Below are positions 1-11,399 of a DNA stretch of 64,000 bases, in pieces. A program made the translations under genes and the position numbers. The notes under the pieces were generated by a model. It saw nothing but the letters and a program-made list of their open reading frames with translations, did no database searches and was not told where the DNA came from. The DNA lies in IMG/VR virus record IMGVR_UViG_3300022902_000008; one strand, written 5' to 3'. Numbering within the stretch: the first letter of the stretch is position 1; each line of letters starts with the position of its first letter. The stretch comes from a virus.

Positions 1-1
1 T

Positions 2-829
2 GATAGGGCGGCTTTAAAAGTAGAGGTTGGGCTAAAAAACAGAGCTAAGCTAGAGCAGGATATTGTAGAGCTATCTATAAAGCGAAAAAAAGATACAGAG
101 AATTTTCTCGACGATATGCAATATTTACATGCAAGATTTAGGGGTGAGATAAAAAATTTACCCGAGGCAGTTCAAACCTTAGTTAAAAAAGTTCCAGAAT
201 TAGAGTTGTCAGGCTATTTAAAGAAAAGGATTGCGGTGGGCGATAGAAATGCGCCACAATATAAGAATATACTTGAGGCCCAGAAAAAAATAAACGACCG
301 AGGCGTGCAGGCAGGTAAAATTATTAATGCTTTGGCCGAGAAAGAAAGGCAATATAAGACAAGCGGTAAGGACATGGAAGATATCCAAGAGAAACAATTA
401 AAAAGTATGAGCGAACTTGTTAAGTTATATGATCCAAAAACTAGGAAAGAGTATGAGAAACAAGCATTTACAGACGCACAGAAAGAAGTTGCCCAAAAAG
501 AAACCAATCAAGCATTGACAAAAATGTCACAAAATGCAGTGGCTGAAAGTGGTATTTTCGCTCATGATCCTGGGTTGGAGCAGCTTTTCGGAAAGGTTAT
601 TGATAGTGATGAGTTTTTGAAGATTAAACTTCCAGAGTATGCAGAAGTACATGTTGCAGATGATTCAATTAATAAGATTAGTGCGGGATCTTCAACAAGC
701 ATCAATGTTGCTAAAGTGTCACCAGAGGTTAATGTTTCATTGTATATTGGAAATGAGAAGTTTAATGACTTTATTGAGAAGGTGGCAAAAGAGGTGACTA
801 GCCCAAGAGCGTCTGGGAGAAGTAATTAA
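2..829 (+). CDS. C-terminal part of probable tail tape-measure protein (5'-truncated by the window)
   Basis: Frame is open from the window start; helical K/E/Q-rich sequence; ends in a V-x-V-x-L-x-I-G motif; lies directly upstream of the baseplate genes. Confidence 0.55.
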   Translation, partial: DRAALKVEVGLKNRAKLEQDIVELSIKRKKDTENFLDDMQYLHARFRGEIKNLPEAVQTLVKKVPELELSGYLKKRIAVGDRNAPQYKNILEAQKKINDRGVQAGKIINALAEKERQYKTSGKDMEDIQEKQLKSMSELVKLYDPKTRKEYEKQAFTDAQKEVAQKETNQALTKMSQNAVAESGIFAHDPGLEQLFGKVIDSDEFLKIKLPEYAEVHVADDSINKISAGSSTSINVAKVSPEVNVSLYIGNEKFNDFIEKVAKEVTSPRASGRSN

Positions 830-3800
830 TGTCAGATTTGGAAAAAAGGGGAAGAGAGACTTTGGGCAGGCTTATTAAAAAGAATAGGTTTGACAGTCAA
901 AATATGGCTAGTGATGTTTTGGTAAAAGAGGATAACAACACTAAAAATTTACCAAAAGATAAATCTGTTCTTAATTTTGGCAGTACTTTAAAAATTGGTC
1001 CTGCTCATGAATTAACTAGCGTCCCATATTCACCAAGTTATAATGCTGAAGATGTTATTAGAGATATTTTAGAGGGACCGTCTTGGGCAGGCGCTAAGCA
1101 TGTATTGCCAAATGATTTACCTGGATATTCTCCAAAAACTGGTGGAAGTCCTGGTAAGACTATAGAAGAAGTTGAACAATATGGCGGTGTTCCTCAAAGT
1201 TCTAATCCGCCCAAATTTTCCTCTTTAAAGATGACAATGGGCACATATGCTAACTCCGTCAATAGTTCTATTTTAATCAACTTGCCTGCAACTAAAGATC
1301 CTCTTGTGGAATTAACTAAGACATTAGACACTAGTTTGTTTGAGGTGTTTAAGGTATTTTCAGCAAATCCTAATGCTCATGGTAGCTTAAATAGAAAATC
1401 AATATATTCTCCCGATAATATATTTGCAGAAGATGGTACAATACCCAATTCTGTTCTTGGGTTTTTTATTGATGGTGCAAAGGTAAATAAGCTCAGCGGT
1501 CTAAGTGTTTTTGGTGAAGTTTTAAGTAGGAATAAAAAGTTAATTGGTCTAGTTGGCAACTTAAATAGCTATCTTGACAAGTTGTTGAAGTTTAATGTTA
1601 ACCCTAACGCAACTGTTATTAATGGTGAAGCATCATCAAATCCCAAATCTTTTGAAGGTCAATACAAGGGTGTTTTAGGGGAACATTTCAAGGAGATTAA
1701 TAATAAAGTTTTAGAGGCTTATTTTAAAAATTCAGGGTTAACTACAGTTGACCTAGAGTTAAAAACAACATATGGTACGAAAATTTTATCTGTCACTGTT
1801 GGTAATGAAATCTTACAAACAAAAGCTAAGGGTAAAAGTTATAATGCATATATGTTTAAACCTGAGCAATTTAGATCTGATGGTGAGGGTGGGGTTTATG
1901 ATGAGTTTAGTAAGGGTGAAGGTGTCGCTGCAAGTAAAATTGCTGGACACAACAACTCTGACAGTCCTGGTGCTGGAGTAGATCCAGAATTTATTAAAGG
2001 GAAGGCTGGCTATTCTAATTATAAAAAATATGGTATACAAAGATTATCAAATGCTTTTAATGAGAATAGGTTCGGGCCAAAGACATTTGACTCTAGCACA
2101 ACAAAGTTCAAAAAAGAAGGTTATATAGATGAGAGTACTTTTCAAGATTTTGAGGCTAGCAAAGAAAAGTTATGGAACCCAAGTGCTGGAGATCCGCCTA
2201 GAATAGATGGATCAAAATACTTTAGCTCAGGCAAGATGTTTTCATGGGATAGTTTGAAAGCTTTGGGAAATAAGCTAGTTAAAGAACAACAGAACAAAAC
2301 TAATGATGGAAGTTTAACTAATCTTGTCAGTATATTTGATATTGATAATAATGTCAACCATACAATGTCTAATGGTACAAATAAAACATGGGGCCAATTT
2401 TACACACCTGATCGGGTGTTTGCTGCAAGGAGGATGGGGCAAAGTAATTTTGGTGAAGATGTTGTAGAGGCTCTTGAGGCTTCATTTTTTGGTGTGTTTG
2501 GGGCCTTATCTTTAGTTGGCAAGTCAATTGACTCGTTTGGCTCATTAGAGAATCCATATATAAACTTTTTCAATGGTATAGCTAGGGAATATAATAGAAC
2601 AGGTGGTGTAAAAATCCTTAAATGGGTTTTAAATAATTTATTGCTAACTGCTATGAACCCAAATGTTAGAAATATTGATGAAGAAACTTCGGGTGGTGGA
2701 CTAGCAAGTGCTTTAGCCGCAATAGGGTTAGAAGATAATAGTTCGTTTGCAAAAAGAAGTGTGGCAGACATTACATTGAGAGCAGGGCCATCAGTTTTAT
2801 CATGGATTCCATCCCCTGCTGCGTTTGCGCCAGGGAAAGGAAAGATATTTAATCCTTTAAGAATTTCATCTGGTGCAGGCTTTTTGATGGGTGAGACTTG
2901 GTTGCCAGTGGTTCAGGTTCCATATTTAGATAGTTTGCTTGATGATGGAACGTTATCATTTACTGAGTTTAGAGATGATTTGGAACCGAAGTTGTCTATT
3001 GTAATAGAGGAAAATCCAGTCCATACTAAGGCTAAAAGAATGGTTGTTAAACATGTTGCTAAAAATGAGACAAGTGTTTCAAATTTAAGTTCAATTATTT
3101 ATGGAAATAATATTGGTGGAAAAGATGTACTGCTTAATAATAAAGAAAATCAATTTATTATAAAAAATAAAATTGAAAGAATACCATTAGAAACAGTTGT
3201 TAAGGTGGAGAATCTATTAGAGGCTGAATATTGTCCGTTTTATTTTCATGATTTAAGAACTAATGAAGTTATATCTTTTCATGCATTTTTAACTAATTTA
3301 GGCCAATCATTTTCTCCTTCCTGGAGCGCAGAATCATTTTATGGACGCTCAGATGTAGTTCCTAACCTTGCAGGCACTGGGAGGACATTAGCATTAAGTT
3401 TTATAGTTGCGGCGATGAGCCCTAAAGATATGGATTATATGTACGATAAAATAAACAAGTTAGTTACTTTTGTATATCATCAATATAATGCTGGGGAAAA
3501 AAACATTAAAGATCAAACTATCCCATTTTCGCAGTTGCCTATAGCAGATCCGATAATTAGGTTAAGGGTTGGTGATTATATTACAACAAACTACAGTTAC
3601 AAGGATGCTGAAAGAATTGTTGGCAAGCAAGGTGATGATGATACCAAGCTTCAAAGGGTTCATGCTAACTTTAAAAATTATGGTGGAAAAGGTTTAGCTG
3701 GTTATATAACATCGTTAGACTTTGATATTACAAATGTTACTTGGGAGACTGCCCCAGGGTATGTAATGCCTCAATATTTAGCAGTGACAGTTGCATTTAC

Positions 3801-3948
3801 AGCAATACACGACATTCAGCCAGGGCTTGACTTTGATGGGTTTAATAGGGCACCATTATTTAGGAAAAATATGATTGGCTGGCCTACTGATTCAAATTAT
3901 GAGGCCTCAACAGACACTTTGGATGAACTTTTGAAAAAGGGGAGCTAA
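829..3948 (+). CDS. Large virion protein with C-terminal baseplate/tail-tube initiator-like domain
   Basis: 1039 aa; C-terminal FYFHDLRTNE..FHAFLT..SFSPSW..YGRSD..RTLALSF and GYITSLDFD resemble gp48/gp54-like tube initiators; tail-gene context. Confidence 0.55.
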   Translation: MSDLEKRGRETLGRLIKKNRFDSQNMASDVLVKEDNNTKNLPKDKSVLNFGSTLKIGPAHELTSVPYSPSYNAEDVIRDILEGPSWAGAKHVLPNDLPGYSPKTGGSPGKTIEEVEQYGGVPQSSNPPKFSSLKMTMGTYANSVNSSILINLPATKDPLVELTKTLDTSLFEVFKVFSANPNAHGSLNRKSIYSPDNIFAEDGTIPNSVLGFFIDGAKVNKLSGLSVFGEVLSRNKKLIGLVGNLNSYLDKLLKFNVNPNATVINGEASSNPKSFEGQYKGVLGEHFKEINNKVLEAYFKNSGLTTVDLELKTTYGTKILSVTVGNEILQTKAKGKSYNAYMFKPEQFRSDGEGGVYDEFSKGEGVAASKIAGHNNSDSPGAGVDPEFIKGKAGYSNYKKYGIQRLSNAFNENRFGPKTFDSSTTKFKKEGYIDESTFQDFEASKEKLWNPSAGDPPRIDGSKYFSSGKMFSWDSLKALGNKLVKEQQNKTNDGSLTNLVSIFDIDNNVNHTMSNGTNKTWGQFYTPDRVFAARRMGQSNFGEDVVEALEASFFGVFGALSLVGKSIDSFGSLENPYINFFNGIAREYNRTGGVKILKWVLNNLLLTAMNPNVRNIDEETSGGGLASALAAIGLEDNSSFAKRSVADITLRAGPSVLSWIPSPAAFAPGKGKIFNPLRISSGAGFLMGETWLPVVQVPYLDSLLDDGTLSFTEFRDDLEPKLSIVIEENPVHTKAKRMVVKHVAKNETSVSNLSSIIYGNNIGGKDVLLNNKENQFIIKNKIERIPLETVVKVENLLEAEYCPFYFHDLRTNEVISFHAFLTNLGQSFSPSWSAESFYGRSDVVPNLAGTGRTLALSFIVAAMSPKDMDYMYDKINKLVTFVYHQYNAGEKNIKDQTIPFSQLPIADPIIRLRVGDYITTNYSYKDAERIVGKQGDDDTKLQRVHANFKNYGGKGLAGYITSLDFDITNVTWETAPGYVMPQYLAVTVAFTAIHDIQPGLDFDGFNRAPLFRKNMIGWPTDSNYEASTDTLDELLKKGS

Positions 3949-3955
3949 TTAATAT

Positions 3956-4261
3956 ATGGCTATTTCTAGATACGCAAATAATTGGCCTCTTAATGGTATT
4001 TTTGGATCATTTTATGAGTCTTTTGATGATTATAGTTTTATATATGATATGATTGAAAATAACAAGATAAAGACTCATGAGGTTATTGTTAGGCCTGGAG
4101 ATCGTTTGGATCATATTGCTTTTAAAGAATTTGGCGATGGTGAATATTTTTGGATTTTAGCATTGTGTAATAAAATTGGGTTTATTCCACAAGTGCCTCC
4201 TGGAACTATCTTACAGGTTCCAGATAATATTGATGATGTTTTATTATATTTCAAAGAGTAA
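3956..4261 (+). CDS. LysM-like baseplate wedge protein (gp53-like)
   Basis: GDRLDHIAFKEFGDGEYFWILALCN...PGTILQVP motif. Confidence 0.8.
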   Translation: MAISRYANNWPLNGIFGSFYESFDDYSFIYDMIENNKIKTHEVIVRPGDRLDHIAFKEFGDGEYFWILALCNKIGFIPQVPPGTILQVPDNIDDVLLYFKE

Positions 4262-4264
4262 AAA

Positions 4265-7200
4265 ATGGCAAAAAAGACAGAAAGCACCTTTGTTTTACTT
4301 AGTAACGAAGTGGTTAAAATACCAAAAAACGTTGGTAGTAGTGTAGAAAAACAAATTATAAGAATATCTGAAAATATTGAAGCAGACGATGGTGAGCAAC
4401 AAAGCACTCCGTTGGAATTTGCATATGCAGATAATTGGTCATATTTACAAAGTGATGTCTTAGATGTATTTTTTAATTATATTCCAACAATTAATTGGGC
4501 TTTAGCAAAACCGTTTATTAATTTTAGGGCTATTGGCCCTTCTGTTGTCAGTCTTGACAAGTTGGTGTTTGATGACATTGTTAATTTAAATGGACCCAGT
4601 AGTTATGGTGCAACTAGTGCAGATTTTAAGAGTGGTGCTTGGGAAGGAATTGGCATTGAAGCATATACAATGCCAGTGACCCTAAACAACACTAACAAAG
4701 CATTTGCAGCTAGGGGCAATTATTATAATAAGTTTAAGCCAATTTTTAGCATAAAGGACATGACAGTTAAGATTGTACAAGCTCCAGGCGCAGTGGCTTT
4801 TTCTGAGGAAATTAGTTTAAATTTATATATACACGATAAGAGCAAGTTGAGGGAGTTAACTGCCTTATTTAACCCACAATATGGTACTTATTTTATAATT
4901 GAATATGGTTGGAATCATCCTGAAATTAACAATGAAAATATTTCTGACTTTCCAATTGATGTTTATGATTATGGTTTTAATGGTACAACAAACAAGGTAG
5001 AGAAGAAAGATATAAAGTTCAAAAGTGTGGCAAGTTTTTTAAATGGTCTTAAGAAAAGCAGTGTTTTTATATTAGAAAATTTTGATATATCTTTAGATGA
5101 AACAGGAACTACAACGGCTAATTTAAGTTTAGTTTCCATCGCCGGTAATGTTTTTTCAGCCGAAACTGGCTTAATTAATGTTAATTTCCAAAAGAGTCTT
5201 AGTGAATATGTTTTGTATAGAAAGCGATTGACAAGAATGGCCTCTAGGTATGAAAATAACCCACAATTATTTGGTAGAAAGAAGATAGTCAAACGTTTGA
5301 GGGATAGCATATCTATCCTTAATGGGGAAGATGCTTATGGTGTTGACAGAAGAAAGGTAAAAGAGCCGCTTCAAGTTAGAGGTAGTGCAAAGGCAGAGGT
5401 CGAAAAAAGAATAAATAAATTATTCTCAGCGAAAGAAAATGAGAAGAGGCTAGCTAGTTTTAGAAAGTTGGGCGAAACGACTGATAAGATATATTCAGAA
5501 AAGTTGTTAGTTCCTAATGTTATTTCTAAGGGAGCCAAGAAAAAATTTAAAGGGTTTTCAAGTGTCAATATTACATCTGAATCTAGTGGGAATGATTATT
5601 CTTATTTGTCATATGCTTTAAGTTCATTGTTTAAGTTTGTTGAAAATGACATAAAAAATGTTGTTCGAGGCGCAGATGTTGGCTTACATGGCAAGGTAGT
5701 TAAAGATTTAAATATAGTATATTTTACATTTAATAATTATTGTGGAAACATGAGTGGGAAAAATATAGGTTCTTTTGTTATAGATAAGAAAAAGTTTGTA
5801 GATGCAATTTTTGAAGTTGTTTCGTCTAAGCCTTCATATAACATTAATTTTAATGATATGAAAAATATATTTAAGAACATGGTTAGCAATAAAAAGAATA
5901 TAAATTATGGTTTGCAAAAGTTTTACGATCACATTACTGACAAGCCTGTTGATAATCCAAACCTTCAAGAGCAATATAATGGGTTTATTAAACAAAGTGG
6001 TGGCCAATTTATTGTTCCAAAGATAAGATTTTTATTAAGAAGCACTAAGACTACTATTAAAAAAGAGGAAACAGTAAAGCATTTTCTTTTTATATATGAT
6101 GAAGCGAACTTTGAATCTTCAGAGTCTTCATTTAACACAAAACAATTTGAAGATTTAATGGATGGTACAATTAGAGGACAAGTTAGTGGAGATGTTGAAA
6201 AATATAATTTAGAAGTTACCAAAAGAAAGATTAGAGATGAAATTAAAATGCCATATGTTATTCCTGGCACTGAAAGAAGCCCAATAAAGAAAATAGGGGC
6301 TAAAACTGAGACTAATGATTTGATGGGAGCAATTTATTTAGAGCAAAATACAGATCCCAACCCTATTATAACAAACAGATTGGTTAATCAGTTAGATGAG
6401 TTGCCAATTGATTATGTTCCAATGGAGCTTTCGATGGATATGGCTGGCTATCCTTTGTTAGAGCCACAAAAAAAGATGTTTATTGATTTTAAAACAGGAA
6501 CAAATATAGATTCCATATATTCAGTGGGTGAGATAACGCATAAAATATCAGCAGATAATTTTACAACAAATTGTACTTTATATCCCTTACAAAGTTATTT
6601 AAAGTATAGGACAGCAGCAGATATAAGAAGTGAGTTTATTGATCTAACTGAAGAAAGTGTTACAAGAGCGCCGAGTGTTAGTGATGGTTATGATTTAGAT
6701 GCAGCAGAGAAAATATATGAACGATATAGGGATGTTGCTTGGTCATTAATTAATCAAGATTTCATTAGGTTGTTTATAATGAGATATTATGCTAAGACTA
6801 TTGAGCGAGAAACATATAGAAGTAAAAGAAACAGAAAGAAAATTCTTGTTAACAATAAATTAGAATGGTCACATGGTATTGGGGATACTAGCATATTTGA
6901 ATTTTATAAATTAATGGCATTGGCAGAGCTTGATTATTTTAAATTAAGAATGCATGAAAAGTTGTATTATGAAAAGTTAATCGAGCCAAAGTCCTTTACT
7001 TATATTTTACCAGATGACATAAACAGAAACATGAAATCAATAAGAGATTCTTTAGATTCATTAGGATTTTTAAGTGAGTCAAGCTTTTTTTATTCATGGT
7101 TTTTGACTAATATTAATAATGATAGTAAAGGAAAAAAAGTTAATATTTCTGATTTAGAAAGGGAATATAAAACCTTATTATTTGGCGAGGGAGATGATGA

Positions 7201-7912
7201 TAAAGGTGTTTTTGATATATTAGGTGTTGAAAACAAATATCCCTTTATAGGTAGTTTTACAAACAACAAAGCATATCCACCGAACAACATTGACCCAAAA
7301 GCTTTATGGAAATATTCTGATAAAAAGTTAGACAGGGTTTTGAGTTATTATCAATGGACAGAAAATTTTGATGTAAAATTAAAGCCTAATCAAATTAATA
7401 AAGCATTGTTTGCTGGTGGAGCGCCGGGCCAATTTAAATTAAATGATGCTTTGTTCGATAAGGAAATTAACAATGCATTTTTGAATGATGAATTAAGTTT
7501 TATTGCCTTAGCCACGAAAAAAGATGTTGAAATAGAATCTTTAAATGTTGGCTTTGACAAGTTAAAGGAGAAGTATGAGAGAAAAATGTTGAGGTTGGCA
7601 CAGTTACAAGATGTTTTTGCTCCATTTGCTCCCGATCAAATCAAAGAGAAGTCAACATTGTCTTCAAGGAAATATTTTGCAAGAGTCTTAATTAAGTCAG
7701 GACAACAGACTGGTTTTGCCCCTATTGATGTCGATGTTAAGGGAACAAACAGGGGAAATGCTGCAAATAGGGCAAAGACAAACGAGAAAGTCTTAGGTGT
7801 TATAAATAAAAATAAAAAATTGATTTCAAGCATAGAGGTTTGGTTGTATAATAAGAAAGAAGATAGGGCTTCTAGCAAGGATCCCAACTCTAAAAAGGTT
7901 TTTAAAGTTTAA
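4265..7912 (+). CDS. Large baseplate hub-like structural protein
   Basis: 1215 aa; IEYGWNHP and G-Y-P...IDFKTGTNIDSIYSVGEITHKISADNFTT hub-type segments; follows the LysM wedge gene. Confidence 0.55.
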   Translation: MAKKTESTFVLLSNEVVKIPKNVGSSVEKQIIRISENIEADDGEQQSTPLEFAYADNWSYLQSDVLDVFFNYIPTINWALAKPFINFRAIGPSVVSLDKLVFDDIVNLNGPSSYGATSADFKSGAWEGIGIEAYTMPVTLNNTNKAFAARGNYYNKFKPIFSIKDMTVKIVQAPGAVAFSEEISLNLYIHDKSKLRELTALFNPQYGTYFIIEYGWNHPEINNENISDFPIDVYDYGFNGTTNKVEKKDIKFKSVASFLNGLKKSSVFILENFDISLDETGTTTANLSLVSIAGNVFSAETGLINVNFQKSLSEYVLYRKRLTRMASRYENNPQLFGRKKIVKRLRDSISILNGEDAYGVDRRKVKEPLQVRGSAKAEVEKRINKLFSAKENEKRLASFRKLGETTDKIYSEKLLVPNVISKGAKKKFKGFSSVNITSESSGNDYSYLSYALSSLFKFVENDIKNVVRGADVGLHGKVVKDLNIVYFTFNNYCGNMSGKNIGSFVIDKKKFVDAIFEVVSSKPSYNINFNDMKNIFKNMVSNKKNINYGLQKFYDHITDKPVDNPNLQEQYNGFIKQSGGQFIVPKIRFLLRSTKTTIKKEETVKHFLFIYDEANFESSESSFNTKQFEDLMDGTIRGQVSGDVEKYNLEVTKRKIRDEIKMPYVIPGTERSPIKKIGAKTETNDLMGAIYLEQNTDPNPIITNRLVNQLDELPIDYVPMELSMDMAGYPLLEPQKKMFIDFKTGTNIDSIYSVGEITHKISADNFTTNCTLYPLQSYLKYRTAADIRSEFIDLTEESVTRAPSVSDGYDLDAAEKIYERYRDVAWSLINQDFIRLFIMRYYAKTIERETYRSKRNRKKILVNNKLEWSHGIGDTSIFEFYKLMALAELDYFKLRMHEKLYYEKLIEPKSFTYILPDDINRNMKSIRDSLDSLGFLSESSFFYSWFLTNINNDSKGKKVNISDLEREYKTLLFGEGDDDKGVFDILGVENKYPFIGSFTNNKAYPPNNIDPKALWKYSDKKLDRVLSYYQWTENFDVKLKPNQINKALFAGGAPGQFKLNDALFDKEINNAFLNDELSFIALATKKDVEIESLNVGFDKLKEKYERKMLRLAQLQDVFAPFAPDQIKEKSTLSSRKYFARVLIKSGQQTGFAPIDVDVKGTNRGNAANRAKTNEKVLGVINKNKKLISSIEVWLYNKKEDRASSKDPNSKKVFKV

Positions 7913-7924
7913 TTAAAGGGTTTT

Positions 7925-9250
7925 ATGGATTTTGATTATTTCATAGCATATATTAATAAAAATATATACCACTCAGACAGTAATAACATTAACAAGTTTG
8001 ATGTTACATTTGATAAATCATTATTTGAAAACAACAATAGCATGTGTTTTGCCAATTCTCACCTTTTAAATATAAAAAACCTATATGATATTCAAGACAT
8101 TATTCAGCTTTATAATATAAAAAGGCCAAGAATATATGATTATGATAGAAAGTTTATTAGAAGGTTTAACAATATAACAAAAAAAATAAATGCTTATAAA
8201 AGGTCATATGAATTATTAGGCGTTAATTTAAATCAACTTGAAATAGAAAAGTGTCTTCCAATAACAACATTAAGGGAATTTATTGGTTGCAGGTTGGAAT
8301 TTATGAACTTTTTTATTAAATATTGTAAAAGTAATGAAACAGATTTAAGTTATTACAAGAATCATTTTATAAAACACAAACATGCCCTTAACAACCTTGG
8401 TGCTATCCATATGTCAAAAGAAAGCTTAGCATTTGCTTGCTTGCTTAATAAGAATATGGCGTCTTTGGCAAAAAAGGTAAGGTATTTAGATCATAAAAAT
8501 GAATTGTTGTTTCCAATAAGGTATAATAACTTAAGCACTAAAACAGGCAGGCTGATTGTCTCATCTGGATTAAACATCTTGACATTACCAAAGAATTATA
8601 GATATTTAGTTAAATCAAAGTTCCAGGGGGGGAAAATAATATCTATTGACTTTAAAGCTATAGAGCCAACAATAATATTATCATTAATGGGCGGGGATGG
8701 AGATCTGGGTGTAGGTGATTTATATGGGAATATTGCAAAGTTAGCAAATAACAAGAATGTTGACAGGGATGTAATAAAAAAAATATTTTTACCTTTTATA
8801 TATGGAGCTTCTTTGGAAAGAATCGTGGAGTTAAGTGGCATATGCAAGTCTGATGTAAAAAGGGTAAGTGATATAATTAACATTAACTTTAATAAAAATA
8901 AAATATTGTCAAAAATAAACATTAAAGATTATGGTTATGATAACAAGGTCTTGTATAATGAGTATGGAAGGCCGATATCTTTACAGAATAATATGCAAAA
9001 ATATAAAAACATAAATTATTATGCTCAATCAACAGGAGTTGATGTTGTACTAGATGCATTGTATAAGATATTAAAGTTAAAAAAAGAAAAAGAATACAAG
9101 TCAGAGTGTGTTGCAATCATTCATGACGATCTGTTGTTTGACGTTCATCCTAACGAAGAACAGAAGTTTATTGATGATGTTGTTAGTATTATGACAAATA
9201 ATAATATTATTAATAATAAAATGAATGTTTCAATTAGAGAAATTTTATAA
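7925..9250 (+). CDS. Family A (PolA-like) DNA polymerase, polymerase domain only
   Basis: TGRL; motif A IDFKAIEP; motif B RDVIK..F..IYGAS; NYYAQSTG; motif C IIHDDLLFDV. Confidence 0.8.
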   Translation: MDFDYFIAYINKNIYHSDSNNINKFDVTFDKSLFENNNSMCFANSHLLNIKNLYDIQDIIQLYNIKRPRIYDYDRKFIRRFNNITKKINAYKRSYELLGVNLNQLEIEKCLPITTLREFIGCRLEFMNFFIKYCKSNETDLSYYKNHFIKHKHALNNLGAIHMSKESLAFACLLNKNMASLAKKVRYLDHKNELLFPIRYNNLSTKTGRLIVSSGLNILTLPKNYRYLVKSKFQGGKIISIDFKAIEPTIILSLMGGDGDLGVGDLYGNIAKLANNKNVDRDVIKKIFLPFIYGASLERIVELSGICKSDVKRVSDIININFNKNKILSKINIKDYGYDNKVLYNEYGRPISLQNNMQKYKNINYYAQSTGVDVVLDALYKILKLKKEKEYKSECVAIIHDDLLFDVHPNEEQKFIDDVVSIMTNNNIINNKMNVSIREIL

Positions 9251-9272
9251 ATTTTGGTGATTATGTTATAAT
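9244..9272 (+). promoter_or_regulatory. Putative promoter TTTATA-N17-TATAAT with extended TG
   Basis: tttata-aattttggtgattatgt-tataat upstream of the HD gene. Confidence 0.4.
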
Positions 9273-9291
9273 TAATTAATTAAACGTTTCA

Positions 9292-9930
9292 ATGTTAAGG
9301 AGTTTTGTTATGTATTCAAATGATCGTACTGAGTTGGCTAAGAAAAACCATAAACGTCTTGTTAAATTATTGGACAACATTCCTGGCAGACGGGGAGAGT
9401 TAGCGAAGTTGATGATGGAAGATCTACAAGAAAGGTTTTGTATCGCACCCGCTTCGCATAAAAAGCAATTCCATGCTGCATATCCAGGTGGATTGATGCA
9501 TCACAGTATTAATGTTTGTATCAATCTATTGAAGATGGCAAAGACACACTATCCTGATCGTTGGGATGATGGGCAATTAATTTTCGTTGCATTGTTTCAT
9601 GATATCGGTAAGATTGGAAACTTAAAGGAAGATCAATATGTGTTTAATTCTTCTAAGTGGCACCAAGAAAGGGGCATCTACTATGGGTTTAATGATGATA
9701 TTCAGTTTATGCTTCATGCACATAGATCCTTGTATTTGTTGCAACATTATGACATTAAATTAACTGAAGAAGAATATGTTGCTATTTTGACTCATGATGG
9801 TATGCATTTGGAAGCAAATCAAGCATATTCCCAAAAACAACCACCACTAGCACTAACATTACATTTTGCAGACATGTTAGCCGTTCAACAAGAAAAAGAA
9901 ATGGAACAATTAGAGTCAGAAGAAAACTAG
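9292..9930 (+). CDS. HD-domain phosphohydrolase (YhaM-like HD)
   Basis: APAS..FHAAYPGGLMHHS, LFHDIGKIG, THDG, LHFAD. Confidence 0.9.
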   Translation: MLRSFVMYSNDRTELAKKNHKRLVKLLDNIPGRRGELAKLMMEDLQERFCIAPASHKKQFHAAYPGGLMHHSINVCINLLKMAKTHYPDRWDDGQLIFVALFHDIGKIGNLKEDQYVFNSSKWHQERGIYYGFNDDIQFMLHAHRSLYLLQHYDIKLTEEEYVAILTHDGMHLEANQAYSQKQPPLALTLHFADMLAVQQEKEMEQLESEEN

Positions 9931-9983
9931 ATGAACAAGATAATATTTTGTCTTTTTGTTGGGTTGACTAAGTAATTATAGTT

Positions 9984-10910
9984 ATGTCAAAAGAAAAAAA
10001 ACCATACGATGTTAATGATGATCATAGCCAAGATTTAACAGCAGAAGATATGTTAGATCTTATTGATGGTGAAGATATTAGTAATGATGGGGCAATAGTG
10101 AAAAAGAGTTCTCCCCAAGGTGCAATTGCTGGAAATAATCATTATAGGGACATGTCAAAACGATCCACCCCAGGTACAACAAGGGGATTCCCAGGTGGAC
10201 CAATAGTAAAATATACAAAAGAGGAACTAAGACAAATGGCAACAGGTAAAAAAACAGAGTCAGAGTTAGAGTTTGAAGAGCTTGATGATGTTTTGGAAGA
10301 GGAAGAGGATAGTTTAGAAGAGGTAAGTTCAACAGCGTCAGTTGCAGGGTATCAAGCCCCAATGGGTCATGATTCTAAATCAAAGCCAGGGGCAGATAAA
10401 ATGATGGATGATTGGGATGAGGTTGATGGTGATTATATAAATGATCCAAACATGAAAAAAAGCTTTAAAAGTAGTATGGCTTATAAAACAAGCAACAAGG
10501 TAAAGAAAGAGTCATTAGACTTATACATTAAAGATATTGTTATAGAGGAGTTAAACGAAGGCTTTTTTTCAAGATTATATGCTCAAGCAAAGGGGACAAA
10601 AAATTCTTTAAGTCAGTATGTCAAAAATGTACACGCATCCGGCCAGGGAAGAACAGAAGACATTATAAACCCTAAGTTTAAAAAGCAAGCAACTATTGCA
10701 GTTAGTGTTGTAGAAGGCCTGAGAGATTCGTTAAAAGGAAAGTTTGAAAAATATGTGGTGGATTTAATAAAAATATTTGGCAATCCAGATGATTATGATA
10801 TGGAAGAAAGTGTTAAAAACAACCTAAATGAAATTGATCAAAACATTACAAAACTTATAGATAATTTAAATGAATTAATAGAGAATATGCAAGAGCAATT
10901 TAAGATTTAA
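9984..10910 (+). CDS. Acidic hypothetical protein, probable head-internal protein
   Basis: 308 aa; LEE/LNEG-type putative prohead-protease sites; SVAGYQAP motif. Confidence 0.5.
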   Translation: MSKEKKPYDVNDDHSQDLTAEDMLDLIDGEDISNDGAIVKKSSPQGAIAGNNHYRDMSKRSTPGTTRGFPGGPIVKYTKEELRQMATGKKTESELEFEELDDVLEEEEDSLEEVSSTASVAGYQAPMGHDSKSKPGADKMMDDWDEVDGDYINDPNMKKSFKSSMAYKTSNKVKKESLDLYIKDIVIEELNEGFFSRLYAQAKGTKNSLSQYVKNVHASGQGRTEDIINPKFKKQATIAVSVVEGLRDSLKGKFEKYVVDLIKIFGNPDDYDMEESVKNNLNEIDQNITKLIDNLNELIENMQEQFKI

Positions 10911-10924
10911 AGTTTTCGAATTTA

Positions 10925-11386
10925 ATGGTAAATCAAATAAAGTGGGGGCTAAAAGTGATGAAGAATAGAAATTACGATTCTGATGTTATTTTGTTGTGTA
11001 CGATTATTGAACATTCCAAGTACTATCTGGAAAAAACAGTGGATAATATTACAAGAAACTTTGAGGTTGTAGGTGGAAATATATTTGTCCTTAAAACAAA
11101 AGATAATGATAATAGCAAATTTATATTAACTTATAATGTTAAAAACCAGCCGGATCTAAAATATAAGGACATCCTTAAGTCAACCTTTCAGATCCATAGA
11201 AAAAAAGATTATAACGTCTTATATACCCTTAATGCGTTGAATATGGTTGTTGTAAATGAAAATGGGGAGCAAAATAGAGATTATGTAATTGATTGGGAAA
11301 ACTATAAAAATTCACTATTGCTAGTCAGAAATAATGATGAGCTTCATAAGATTCCAACAGTCTTATATGAAATTATTGGTGTCTAA
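10925..11386 (+). CDS. Conserved large-phage hypothetical protein
   Basis: HRKK.YN.LYTLNALN...IDWENYKN motif; lies next to the SSB gene. Confidence 0.6.
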   Translation: MVNQIKWGLKVMKNRNYDSDVILLCTIIEHSKYYLEKTVDNITRNFEVVGGNIFVLKTKDNDNSKFILTYNVKNQPDLKYKDILKSTFQIHRKKDYNVLYTLNALNMVVVNENGEQNRDYVIDWENYKNSLLLVRNNDELHKIPTVLYEIIGV

Positions 11387-11399
11387 TTAAAAAAAATGC